DNA of 64,000 nucleotides from Lingula anatina (GCA_051362555.1 CM120640.1:28606503-28670502); one strand, 5' to 3'. Shown: positions 1 through 12,977, counted from the stretch's first letter. The notes: generated by a model not told the origin, from the letters alone. A program made the numbers and translations.

Positions 1-3000
1 TGCGCGCAATCACAGCTTTAAGGGCACGGGTGAAGGCGACAAAAAGTACATATGCACGCTTTAAATAGCGCGCAAAAAAAGTGCAGCCGTGTCCTGTTGA
101 TGTAATATCATATTGCCATTTTCAATATTTTATCTTTGTTCGTTTGGTTCCAGTTATCCTCTAAACGAGTACCGCCTAGCTGTTTTAACCAGCGTCTGGA
201 CAAGCACACCAAATGACGAGAATATCATGTTGAAATCATGCAAATCGAAGTTCTAAGAAACGCAAATTACTAACGACATATATGTATTTCAAAATGGCAC
301 AATCATTGTCAAATTAGCACCCTGTGGCAAAGTGAGACCAACATTTTCAACAGTGGCGAAGTTGTATATTATAGACTCAGGGACAAGACGACTATTAAAT
401 TTTTTTAGTCATAAAATTGTTCTGAACTATCCCCCTGGTCATTCCAAGCTGAGCCACGTGGTGGCCTTCAGCTTCTTCCTAAACCCGTGGTTTTGCACGC
501 TATCATATCATTTACTCAATATGAAACGTATCCACTGCCATCCTTATTAGCTTACTAGTTCTCCCACTGGGGTTGTCTGGGTTCCGGGTTCATCCTTTCT
601 TCACAGTCCATCTGACTTACACATATCGCGCACCTATTTGATGAACGGCCGTCCATATGGTCAGCTCACTATCCGTTCAAATGACCGTTGTCCACTATGA
701 TTGCCGTTCTAATGTCCACTCACCTATCCCACGCTAGATTATCTCCCTGTTCCCCTGGCACCTACTATTTGCCCTAAGCCTCCAAAGCCCGGCTATCACC
801 CCGCCTATGACCCGCTATTTGCTCAGTGTTAAGGGTCCGTGTAAGCAGTTGAATCGTTCTGTGTATGCGCTCGATAATCCGCTAGAACGCTGTCAGATCA
901 ACTCAATATTAAATAGATATAAATGAGGTGCGTTAAAGGCCGAGGGCGCGGGAATATCAGTGGGGTGCTCAAAGACATCGCGTTCTATATGTTGCCTTTG
1001 TCAAGAAAAATATGCCATGCTTTCTTATTTGGTGTTTTCCTACAAGTTGCCCATAGCGATAGAAAGAATACGATTTCATGCGGGTCTCGGGTTTTTCCCA
1101 GTAACTGAAATATGCGTTTTCTCATCAGTAAACATGTCAAAGTGTACAGGTGAGACTGCACGAAAGATAGGACATGTGTTCACTGAGCTTAGAACAAATT
1201 AGCACAATTTTTCTTTATCTTAGTATTTTTGGATCATGTCTAACTTACTATGTAGCTTTGATCGTGTTATTTGCATCCCTTTCGAGTGGTACGTAAGATA
1301 TTCCATAATCAGAATGAGATATGCTTACATTTCAAATCTTTATTTTCGATAAATAACAGATTCAGAATGGGCTCCTTAACTTTCGAATTAAAAAAGTCGA
1401 ATTGGATCTCGGTGTTATCTCATCTGCGCAACAAACGCATTTAAGAAAAATTCAGCTTCAAGAATAAGGAATTTTACACAGAACTGACAGAATGAAAAGT
1501 GCTAGAAAGTTTGTAATTCGACTTTGAACAGAAAAGTACAATGTACAATCAGACATCGGTGAAGATATCAAGGACGTGGTAGCGAGAACAAAAACTCCTA
1601 CATGTAGAAATCTGCGAAAGAGACTACTTTGCCTTTCTGTTTCATGCGCGAATTCCACCAGGCATATTATGCATACGGTAGTCTTCCATCATTATCTTAT
1701 TTCCTGAAAAATCAGGAGACTAGAACCGAATTCGATCTACGTGTTCACTCTCTGTTGTAGAGTCACAGGATTAAAAGTAACATCATGAGTGGGAACTCAA
1801 AGAATTTAATACTTGCCTGAATATCGTCCAAGTCCGGGCTATGAATTCAACTACTTCTCATAGCACGGAACACCTTCCGATTGGCACCCACGGGTCGGTT
1901 ACAGTTTCCTAGTTCGACAATTGCCCTCTACACTTCAAACGGGCGCTAAAAGCACACGTTAAAAGCCTATATCACTATGTAGTCACACATAATAAAGTTT
2001 TATGTTTTCCCCAGTGTTTTCTAAGCCGCTCGCTGCCTTCGAGGTTTTCATAACATAGAACACAGTCTGTGTTTTCCTCCTAATACAAACCGATTCAAGA
2101 AGAGGATATTAGTGTTTTTTCAGCGTTTTTGCTACTTTGTTGTCCCCGGGATAATAAAATCTGACCTGACTTATCCAGTTTTTGTTGCCTCTGTTCTTAT
2201 TGTTTATTACCTAAACTTGGAATAGCTGTGCAGATTGGGGTAGTTATTTTAATGGGTCACGACCTCGAGGACGGAGTGTAAAATGATTTGCTTGACTTTC
2301 CTCTCTTTAACCATTTAAAACAAGTTAAGAAAAACATGTGTTTAGTTAAGAGTGTAGTGCTGAGGTGCCAGTCTGTGCCAAGCGTGTAGGCAACCGCCAC
2401 TCGTAGATATGATGTTCAATTCCAATTTAGTATATCTACGTGCACCAGACCAATCTTACTAATAACATGGTATGGAATGTTTCTACAATTATCCTTCTTG
2501 CGTGACTGTATTCTTATTGTCTCTTATTGTTTTCAACCTATTTAGTTTATGTACTTTTATTTTGATTATTTTTTTAACAAGACGTGCCCACTATTGGTCT
2601 TTGCAGATTGATCCAACTCTGCGGGGAATCTCGCTGAATGCAATCAGATTAACAATGATGAGAACTGAAGGTATGTAAATGCTTTAAGTAACAGAGACAT
2701 TTCGTTTTTAGTCCGTTTGTAAACCCTGTAGCAAAAAAGATGGGCAACATATATTATGGTCGCTACAAGTGTTCCCCTTTGTGACAACATTTAGACTGTG
2801 AATTTCAATGAGACACGCGGTCAATGCCACCGAGTTTCGAACCAGTTCGCTCTTTTAAAAATTCTTCTATTCTATTTTTAAATCGACATTTGAACTGAAC
2901 ATAGCAACAGTGAATAAAAATAAAATCATATTTCAGATGTGGTGTGCCATGTTTTGAAATCGGATCGATAATATATAATTCGTTCTCTCGAAGAGGTGAT

Positions 3001-4486
3001 CGATTGCCGTCTACATTAAAATACGTTTCTTACATTGTCCATTGTAAATTGTCGAGGGTGGCGCCCTACATTGATAACACCTTGATCTTTGTATTTATAC
3101 ACGACATTGTAATTGTAAGTAGGTTATGTATAGGTCAAACTCTAATTGATAACACGCTTCAGTCATTCGGGCTAACTGGTTTCCCTAAATTTACTAAAAT
3201 GTTACTACAAGAATTTCACTTTGATGCTACGCAAAACATTGCCAATATTTTTTTTTTACTTCATGTTAAAATAAACACTAACTTACCGTATGAGGTCACA
3301 CATTCACGAGTCTTTCGTGGCGCTAATCTAATTTCACAAGTAAACCTCTGCCCACTCCAACCGTTACTCTGGGCGCTCAGATAAGGCAGGGAAGTTCGCT
3401 TGTTTGGTATCGCATAGGCACTTAAAGTGGACGACACTATACTACCCCGCTAACAGAGCTTCACTCACAAACCTCTCAGCCAATAAATACATATTTGCAC
3501 TGCAATCTTTGTGTTTGGAGTAACTGGGCTATGGTTTTAGACGGCCGCGTATTTAGATAGGTCCGTTATCCGCAACTCTAACAACACGCCAACGTGCTCT
3601 GACGTACTGGTAAACGTGTCAGTCCCCTACCCAACCACTCGGATTATCACAATCGTGATCGATAACAAATATCTTTCATAATGCGATATTGGCATATCAT
3701 TTAAGGCTATCCCAAAATTATACAAGCGCATTTTTATATTATAGCTGATCCTTGTAGCTTTTAAATTAAAATTTGATAGTTTTCGTAGCTGGGTGAACAG
3801 TGAGAAATTAAAAATTAAACACCTTTTTCGATTAAAAACACCAACTTCATTAAGTGCGTCTCCGTTTCCCATAGTTACACAAGCAGCTTTTGGGGCTCAT
3901 CAACTTATTCTGAACATAAAACTTGACATAAAATATTGAGCAGGCAACAAAGAGTGCCATTGTGATCGTGTTGATAGGCCCCTCGCAGCAAGTATGACTG
4001 CGACGCCCTACACGGTTTGTTCTAATTAAAAACCGCAAGTCGACTAGTGACCTGAGAGCAAGTTGAACAAAGAGGAAGAAAGACCAGAAATACGGGCTTT
4101 TGTTACTCGTTATTGGTTTTACACAGTTCCAAGTAATACTACACCTAATGAATAAGTAAAGTTTATTCTTAAAGGTAAGTGGTGTTGTGGAATAAATCAG
4201 CGTGGTAAATATTGACAGTGAAGGGGAGAAGGGAATGTAGCAGCGGTGACTGGAGACGCCACTTGTAGAACTTTGCCCAGATTGGATCATCAAGCACACT
4301 GTACTCGAGTTCGCCTCTAAGGCAATATAACGAACACCTGCAGTCCTCAAATTGCATTTGTTGACCAAGAAAATCGCACCAAGAGTAACAGTAAAGCTTA
4401 TATCAATGGTATGAAATGCGAGTTGCAAGATTCAATAGCGGTGAGCGTAGTGGACTAAATGAAACCTTCTTTCGCGATGTTTTTTT

Positions 4487-4788
4487 TTTTTTTTTTTTTT
4501 TTGCAAGTAATAAATAATGATGAACCCCCCAAAGTAAGAATTTCAATATTGGAATATGTAATGTGTTTGCAAGTTATACTGAAAGATATTTTTACAATCA
4601 TCCATGGAAGTTAAATGGAAGACAGACTGTTTCACATTCATACCGGTTATATGCATGTTGTCAATGCACAGCATAATAAAAATAAACATTCACAGCAATT
4701 TTAGTTCATCACTTTGGCTGGAATGTATTACAAACACCATATCCTTATACATTGGCTCCTATAACTTTATTTATTTGTTTAATCAATG
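4487..4788. repeat. ~300 bp local direct duplication, copy A (downstream of the GTF2H3 stop)
   Basis: ATG-(T)n-GCAAGTAATAAATAATGATGAAC...GACAGACTGTTTCACA...ATGCATGTTGTCAATGCACAGCATAATAAAAATAA...TTTGGCTGGAATGTATT...CAATG is colinear with 9077-9390. Confidence 0.92.
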
Positions 4789-5113
4789 TAAGAATACTTA
4801 CACACTGAACTGATTAAAACATAAGATTTCCTTTAAACAATTTATTTAATCATTTTTGATTTATAATCAGTATAACTCCCAACATTAGCTTAAACGGGTA
4901 ATCAGTTTTCCAACCACCAAGTATAAACCAGACAGACAACAATACTGACAGTGGGGAAGTTAAAAAATGAGATAGAAAAGGAACAAAGTCTTTTTTCTTC
5001 CTTTCACTCTCATCATATTTCTTTCATATGCTTTACATTATAAAGAACACAAAAGAGCACATCCTTTAAGAGTTGGTTCCACAAAGTGCTTCTTCTTTCC
5101 TGGGCATAGTATA

Positions 5114-5486
5114 TCAGCTAGCTTTCATCTGTTTCTTTGATTTCCTTTTCATTGCTTTGGGTGGTCCTTTAAATTTAAATGTTGTGCTGCAAGAAATAAG
5201 AAATTGTCTATAGAGTAACAACTGACAATCACATACCAAACAAAGTTAGACAATATTCAGCACCTAGAAACCTTTGCAAATTTTTACAAATGCATATTTA
5301 AAAAACAGAGGCTAATATCTTTCTCCAATAAATCCTATGAAAACAGCCTGTGTTAAAGGAACCTCTTACTTGTTGATGAACCAGGCTCAAAATCACAAGA
5401 ATCTTAAAAGAATTAAAACTTTTACATTACTAGGTAACCTAAAAGCTGTGAATAATTGCACTACAAGCATTACTGCACAAAAATAA

Positions 5487-5517
<31 letters not shown>

Positions 5518-8500
5518 AAATCCCACATGGAAACTATGCTCTTAGAAATCATACTTACTGGCATGTAGAGCAAATGGGACTGAAGGTGCAGAAAACTGGA
5601 ATAAAAGTAAAAACAATCCATGAAGTTATAATGCCATGACTGCGTGCATCTGTATACACATTAGGACTACATTAGATTTGAAATGGTGCCAAATCATGTC
5701 TTCCTGTAATGAGATGACAAACCCTTTTCCTCTCTTTCTCTCTTTTTTTTTTTCTCTTATTTATCTTATCATCTATTGCATGCCCCTCCCCCCCCCCTCA
5801 CACACACACACACTGACTTTGATGTACTACAGTTAATTGTATTCTGACAAGAAGGTCTTTGTTCTGGTAGTGCAGAGTAATTATTCTGTAATAAAATTAT
5901 GCAACACTCCTTGACTTGCTAATTTATCAGCCTAATAAAGGATTCAACTCAAATCAGCTATGTTTCCTTAAAAACAAAATGACAATCCTCATCTATCATT
6001 ACCCTTGTTTTTTACCAACTGAAATTACATTTAAGCTGTGGTTGAACTCGACAATTTTTTTTAAATTACTAAACACACTGTACTTTATAGTTAAAAGATG
6101 TCATTTTCACTGAAATGGAGTTTAGAAATAGTTTCAAGAAACCAAAGTTTATGCAAATATCAAAGTTGAATTGCCACATTCAGGGATGACCAGTCTTCAC
6201 TGAAAAAGTATGAAAATTGGCCTGGGGTCCAGGGTACACGATTCACAAGAATGACCCAAATGACCAATTCCAACAAAAGTCGGGAAAGTCTCATCAGTGC
6301 ATATTATTATTTTTTTATTGCCTGAATGCTACATCTGTATCCACTCTGTAACCACTGGGCCCAGAAGCAATTTTTAAATATTGAGATGTAAGGAGTTCTG
6401 GTTTTTAACATTTGTAGGGGAAATTCTGAAATACCTGTTATCTTTTAAACCTGGGGAATCAATGTATCAATAAAAAAACTCTACATTTGCAGATCTATGG
6501 AGCAGTGATAAAAAGGAGTCATCAAAATGATGGACCAGGAGAGTTGCCACAACAGGCCAATTAGAACAACATCAGACTTTTGTGTGTATACAATATGCAT
6601 GGCCTACAGGTATGGGACATCAACAAAAACCTAGACACAACCAGATGCCAGGAAGTACATGTATTTTAATATTAAAATAATATTATGATAATATTGATAT
6701 AACAATCAAAAGGACCCAGCTCCCATTCCATATCCACATCCTGGAAATTACATGGCTGCATACAATGAGTGAACCATAATGCACTTTTATTAATTACCAG
6801 CCCTATGTAACAGATATAAAATCTGTATGTGCACACCTCAGCCACTCATGAATACATTCATATATATATTAAAAGTTCGTAATAATCAAAGTGAACGGGC
6901 AAATGGGTATTAGGGATTGTGTTACATTGTGTATTGTACACTACCAGCATATCAAATGAGTAAATCATGGCTATAAATCTGGAGACCAAGGATTACTTTT
7001 ACCAAGAGGAAATGTAAAGACAGGCGAGTACAGGTGAGTTGTTAGGTTTGATCTAAAAATCTCAAAATGAGCACTTTAATAACTTAAGTTTACATAAAGA
7101 TGATTTATGTAACATAAAATTACATAAAACCAGGATGATCACTGAAGACAACTTTTCACATTTTTACTTTAAAATTTTTGTATTTAGGGTAGTATATGGG
7201 ACTGACAAAAAGCAAAGTTTACAGTTTTGTAGAATACAGGTGCAAACCACAATGAACTATCATCATTCTGAACATACTTTATATTTTACATAAAAGTCTG
7301 TGGCACTAGATACTCTGTAAATTCCTTCTACATTTATTATAAGACCAGTAAAACACATAATACAATATGCTGTCATAAAAAAGCTGTAATCTGGAGATGC
7401 ATGCAACCAAAATTTTATTGCTTTTGTCCTAGGGCCAAAAAAGTAATAAGTCATTTAACCAATTGCTTTAACACAAGTTAAAAATATCCATAATTCATGA
7501 TTTTTTTATGCACTGAATAAGCATATCATATATAAATCAAACTTAGGTGTTGTACTAAGTGCATAGATGTGACAAAAAAAACCAACGACAAGGTAACAAG
7601 GCAGGGAAAGTGAGAAGATCAATTTAACAGGTAATGAATCTGCTGTGAATATTTTCTACCCAGCCTGTTTGCAGTAAAATAATTTTTTGGCATTAGTTAT
7701 TGAGAGTGAAAGGATACAGTGGCATGTGGCTACACTGCTTAAATTTTAGAAATATGCAATTGACCAATATTCTATGACAGCATTTCATGATTGGAACCAG
7801 GCTGCTTAGTTTTTCTGATGTTCAGTCAACCTCTTATTTGTTTTGATCAAATTCATAAAAACGATCAGTCAAAGTATATTTGTAGCCAAACCAATGAAAG
7901 AGTCAATCACAATTTCACACCTTTCAATTTTTCACGTATCTGAAAGTAAATTATCTTTTGACACCTGCTAAAATCATGCTATTGTGAGAAAAGCCCATGT
8001 GTATCCTGTATGTCAAGCTAAGTCGGTGCTACGTCAGTAATGCAGACATTTTCCTCATACTGTAGCCAGATCCACAAAGAGAATGTCAGCATGAACGGCT
8101 TGGAGCCCATTCCAAGCATATCTTTGAACTGTGGAGGAATGGGACAAAACTTTAATAAATTCCAGTCTTCTAGGAAGATAAAAATATACTGCACACCTCT
8201 TGCCTTAGGACTTATCATTGGATCAGTGATAGGATTCTATCTATTTGTAAGTATTTTTGATGCTTATCATTTTCTTTCATGTGCATGTGTGTGAGCGCAT
8301 GCGCACGCGAGTGAAGAAACACTTTACCAAAAGTCATCCTGAGCATTTCTTACTATATTTTATTATATCTGCCTCTATTGCAGCCAGGTTTTGTTTCTAC
8401 AGTTGATCTTGTTACTAATTCTGTGCCTTTCAGTGTACATTCATTACTCTGTATAAAAGTTTTTAAAGTTGCTCATTTCTCTAAAATTGGTGAATATGTA

Positions 8501-11500
8501 GTACTCATACCCAAAATTATTTTTCAGCATGTCTTGCCCAGCAGGCACCTCTCAACTTTAGACCCAAAACAAACTTCCAGGTCAAATCTGGCCAAAGCCT
8601 TTCAACTTTCTCAATCAGATCAAAGAGAGAACCCCAGTCAAAGGCCTGAAGGTGTTCATAATACAATAGGACTAAATTCCAATGAGGAGTCCAACTTGTC
8701 AAGATCTAGAAGTTTATACATGCGAAGCCAAACCCTCTTCAGGCTGATACAACGGAAATGTATTCAACATGGAGGACAGTGGGTATGTCAGTAACTCTAG
8801 TCTGGACTTGGCTCTGGCCTAAGTTTCATTTCAGCCAATTTGCTGGATATCAGCATTTTTGTGAAGAAAAAAATTTCCAGGAAGCATTATCATTTCGTGC
8901 TACTGGGCATAATTTTATATGCTGTGAAACCATAAAACATCCAGCATGTTACATAAACTTTCAATATTATGGCAATTACTTGTTGCAAACAAAATTGATC
9001 AATAGTATTTTGCAAAAATTATTTCGGTAATGCCTGTAAATGTGTAGAAGAGGCAATATGCTTCTTTTCAGGATGTATGTTTTTTTTTTTTGCAAGTAAT
9101 AAATAATGATGAACTCCAAAAAATAAGAATTTCAATATGGGAATATGTGGTGCGTTTGCAATTTGTAATGAAAGTTACTTTTACAATTATCCATGGCAGT
9201 TAGAAGGAAGACAGACTGTTTCACACTCAGAACTGACAGTGCTTGGATATATGCATGTTGTCAATGCACAGCATAATAAAAATAACACATTCACAGTAAT
9301 TTTAGTTAATCAGTTTGGCTGGAATGTATTGCAAACAATATATCCCTATGCCTTAGCTCTTTATAACCTTATTTATTTGTTTAACCAATGACTGAAATGA
9401 TCAACTTAGAAAAAGAAAATGAAAAGAACATTTGCCAAAACTTCCAAATTTCTGCTCCAGTGAATTTTTCTCTTCAAATATTTGACCAAAAAGAATGCCA
9501 ATGTGTGCAAGACATGTTGGATTTATTAACAAAAATATTTAACTTAGGTTGGTGCTAACATACAATATTAAAGGTTGGTGCTATCTTCAACACTTAGGAG
9601 TAAAAAATAACAAAGATAAAAGATTAGAATGATAACTTACTAGACAAGCAAACTGAGCAGACATAGCCTATGTCTATAAGATTCCTGTGGCAGAAACAAG
9701 CAGCTCTGTAGTCTACTGGGACTGGAGCTGGTAAGGCGAGCTTAGGCCGCATGTCTGGGTCAGGTAAAAATACCCACTGAAATATACACATAAAACACTA
9801 AAGGCATGAAAGTAAAATATTGGTCTTTTTTTCTCAATTTTCTCCATGTGTTTTATTTTGTGGTATATTATATGCTTGAGAGAGATAGAGAGAGATTGAT
9901 TCTAGAACACCATATTATACAAATGTCCATATCACATTTATCAGCTTCTCATAACCAACATTCAAATGGGAAACAATTTTTTGACTTTGTGTTACGAATG
10001 AAAAGCTTAAAGTTTTAATGTTTTAAACATGGCATATTTAAGTTATATAATGACCATCAATCACAAAATGCATCAACTTGAAAGGAATAGTGTGCCCCTT
10101 ATGCATGCATGCTGTCACGTGTTAAGTTCTTCATTTCTTTGAATTGATAATTAACTTACCAGTAAATATTGCAATAGACCTTGTGGTTGAATTATTTTCA
10201 AGTAAATGCCACCAGTTATATCACAGGCCTAAGGAAAAAATAGTTATCAATAAAACACATTAGAATCACAAACTCAAAATCATGGATAATGCTAACTTCA
10301 CTTAAGTTAATATAATTTATTACAACAGCAAACTACTAAGTTCATCATAAGAACAATAAACAAATATGCAGCAACGATATACTGCCAATATCTTTTTTCT
10401 ACAATTTTAAAATGATCTGCATTACAAACATTTTAAATCTTTGACAGAGCAGTATGTTTATTCAGCAATTTACCTGTTGTAACAATCCAGAATCATTTTC
10501 CAGAATACATGCATCAATGGCAATGTTCTACAATAAAAGATGAAATTCAACGTTGATCTTTTTTCCTTTCATTTTCGTTAGAAACCTTGTGGTGTTGTAC
10601 ATTTTAATCACATCACTTTTTCAATACTCACAGTGCCTCAGTAAGTTTACTTCCAAACATATACAATATTTGTTCATAACTGTAACAGTATTTAATGACT
10701 TAATTCAAACTATTTATTACATTTCCCAAAACAATGTTTTTTTTAAACTAGAATATAAAGACGTACTTCATAAACTACATTAAAACTCTAATTCAATATT
10801 GCTGGAAATTCTAGATGAACTATGTGATAAGAAGGTATTAAACTCAACTGGATATAACATGAACAGCATTTCTACCTGTTTCTGAGATGTGAATACCATA
10901 TTCATGAAGTTCATATACTGGGATGGGTTGTCTTCAGAACCTTTGATCACCTTCAAAGTAAAAAGAAATTAATTTCATAAAAAGGTGCATAGCTTTAGAA
11001 AGGTACATTTTTAGCATTCCTTCAAATATGTTATGGATATAATTTGGATGCATCTTTTTTTACATCCATGTTGAGCAAGTTTTATTCAACTTTTTACTTA
11101 CCAATATTCTGGAAGAGAGCTTTTCACCAATGACACATTCTTTTTCAATACGATGAGCATCTATTCATAAAGAGTTAAAGAAAAATAGACATATCTTCTA
11201 ACAATGCTTGTGAAATTCAATTATGTGTTGTATTGATCATTTGAATGAACAGCTGCAGTATGTAAATAATAACACATTAAGGATACAGCACAGAGCCATG
11301 CCCAGGGCACCAGCAAGAAGACAGTCCGAGTATAATTCTGAGGAACCTAATAAGAATAAAATAAAAATTAAATGAGTTAAGAATAACAAATCATTTTGAG
11401 AAGACGCTATCTTTATTCAATGACCATTCCTAAGAATCCAGTTAATCTTAAATACAGATAAAAACTCCCTTCATATCACAGTATCTAATATGACATTGCC

Positions 11501-12747
11501 ACCAATCATCTACTTCTTTATAAAATTTTAACAATCATCTTTTGCAAACTGAATAAGTGCCTCGTATGTAATATGCACTTACCATCTATAATAGACTTGA
11601 TCTTTGTTTTTATGGTTTCATTGACTTGACTGAACAACTCATATCTGCCATCCCTGACAAAATGTTCATTACTGTTGCTGTTAGCTGGATTTGGAAAAAG
11701 GAATGTGCTGAAAGGTAAAGTACCCCAGTGTTTACAAAAAAAAAAAAAATAATAATAATAATAATAAATAAATAAATAATAATAAAACTACTTTGAAATG
11801 TTGTACAATAATTTTCTGAGCAAAAATGTTCATTAGCTTTGTAGCTGTATCATAAATGTAAATTATCAAACACAAGTCAAAATTCTTTCAGTCTTATGAA
11901 GGCTTAAGTTCAGGTTGGCTGTAAGCTAACAGCATGAAATATTTTCCACTTGTGTATGATAATTTTCATTTAAGAATTTTCTGGTTTTAGAGCATGGCAT
12001 GTATGTACGTATGCCCATGTGCCAGGAGACAAGTTTAGCAGACGTTTACTAAATACCATTTACCTTTCATTAGAGTGAGCTGCTATGATGGCCAGTCTGT
12101 TTTTGTGGTTCATCATCAAGTGAGAATTGGCAAATACCATCACAGCATCAAGACATTGCGAAAACTCAAGCTGAAATAAAATATCTTCACTGTAGTTGAA
12201 AAACACATACACATGCAATTTGCCAAGTTCATAAATTATGTTTGTTAGATTTAGCTCTACAACAGAATCATCAAAATAGTTAGCAATGAAGATGAAAAAA
12301 TTCTTTCAAATTTCTGTGAATTTATACGAAGTCCAGGCATGAACTGTTTAAAGAAAAAATTCACTGTATCAGAAAAGAATACAGTATCAAATAGATATAA
12401 TAGGGGCCACCAAGTTTCATGCAGTCCATTCAAATAACTGGCCATTAAGATTCTTGGTTGCATTTCATCTAAATGCATATAACTGACACCAACACCATTT
12501 TACAAACCGTTATATCCTATTTGTCTATTATTACTATTTATAGTTTTACTCACTTCTCCTCTCTCAGGTTGTTTACTTCCCCACCAGGAAGTATTTGTAT
12601 CTAAAACGATCACAACCAGACTGCTATGCTCGCCCTTGTCACCTGAAAATAAAACAGGAGCATTTTGTATTTTGATTACAAGTACGACGTCAAACTAGTG
12701 CTTGTCAAGCATCTAATGAATGCAGACTGTTCTTTACCTTCCGCCAT
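5114..12747 (-). CDS. GTF2H3: TFIIH subunit p34 (Tfb4), 12 coding exons
   Basis: Exons 12747-12738, 12642-12554, 12170-12064, 11707-11583, 11346-11287, 11160-11102, 10950-10876, 10527-10474, 10228-10160, 9776-9641, 5595-5559, 5186-5114 join in frame at GT-AG borders. Translation [123 protein letters not shown] matches the vWA plus C4 Zn-finger of p34. Confidence 0.97.
5485..5517. repeat. (TAAA)n microsatellite
   Basis: Directly visible tandem TAAA units. Confidence 0.9.
8040..8782 (+). CDS. Candidate nested antisense gene or gene fragment: type II membrane protein, exons 8040-8246 and 8528-8782
   Basis: Exon A ends in basic residues plus a hydrophobic helix ([27 protein letters not shown]) at donor GTAAGT. 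Exon B starts after TTTTTCAG in the same phase (0), stays open for 85 codons and ends at TGG|GTATGT. No recognised family. Confidence 0.45.
9077..9390. repeat. ~300 bp local direct duplication, copy B (inside GTF2H3 intron 10)
   Basis: Colinear, moderately diverged copy of 4487-4788, including the leading poly-T. Confidence 0.92.
11161..11286 (-). other. U12-type (minor spliceosome) GT-AG intron, GTF2H3 intron 5
   Basis: 5' splice site reads GTATCCTTAA (U12 consensus RTATCCTT). Branch-site-like TTTCTTTAAC lies about 13 nt before the AG, with no strong polypyrimidine tract between them. Flanking exons join in frame (ALC-Y-AHR). Confidence 0.88.
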
Positions 12748-12977
12748 GTTTATGTTTTGGTTAAGCCATATCCACACCGAGATCTCGTTCTCGCTGTCTA
12801 TTCTTTGGTCAAAGATCTTTACAAGTTCTCAAAACGAGGCTTTTACAAAGATTAACTTGAAAAGTTGTGCCCTCTATCGTGACAGTCAACAGACACATGT
12901 GAACAAGATCTCCCAGAGTTTCAGCAGCCGGACCAGACGGAGTGTAGAAATAGCGTGGATTTCAAAATAAGTGTGCG
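12748..12977. promoter_or_regulatory. Bidirectional promoter/5'UTR region shared by GTF2H3 and EIF2B1
   Basis: Only 230 bp separate the divergent ATGs; CpG dinucleotides are locally retained, unlike in the flanking gene bodies. Confidence 0.8.

Noticed and set aside
1780-1905. Possible tRNA-derived SINE head on the minus strand
   Set aside because: A and B boxes too degenerate; no cloverleaf and no second copy in the window.
2944-3384. 146-aa plus-strand ORF
   Set aside because: GTG start, no motif; typical of AT-rich non-coding DNA.
3850-4428. 192-aa minus-strand ORF (and overlapping 4169-4357)
   Set aside because: Non-ATG start, no recognisable domain, no supporting splice structure; composition looks like a chance ORF.
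6493-6609. Exon-like segment with an in-frame TGA, considered as a selenoprotein exon given SEPSECS in the window
   Set aside because: No redox motif, no family resemblance and no SECIS recognised; a decayed sequence is the simpler explanation.
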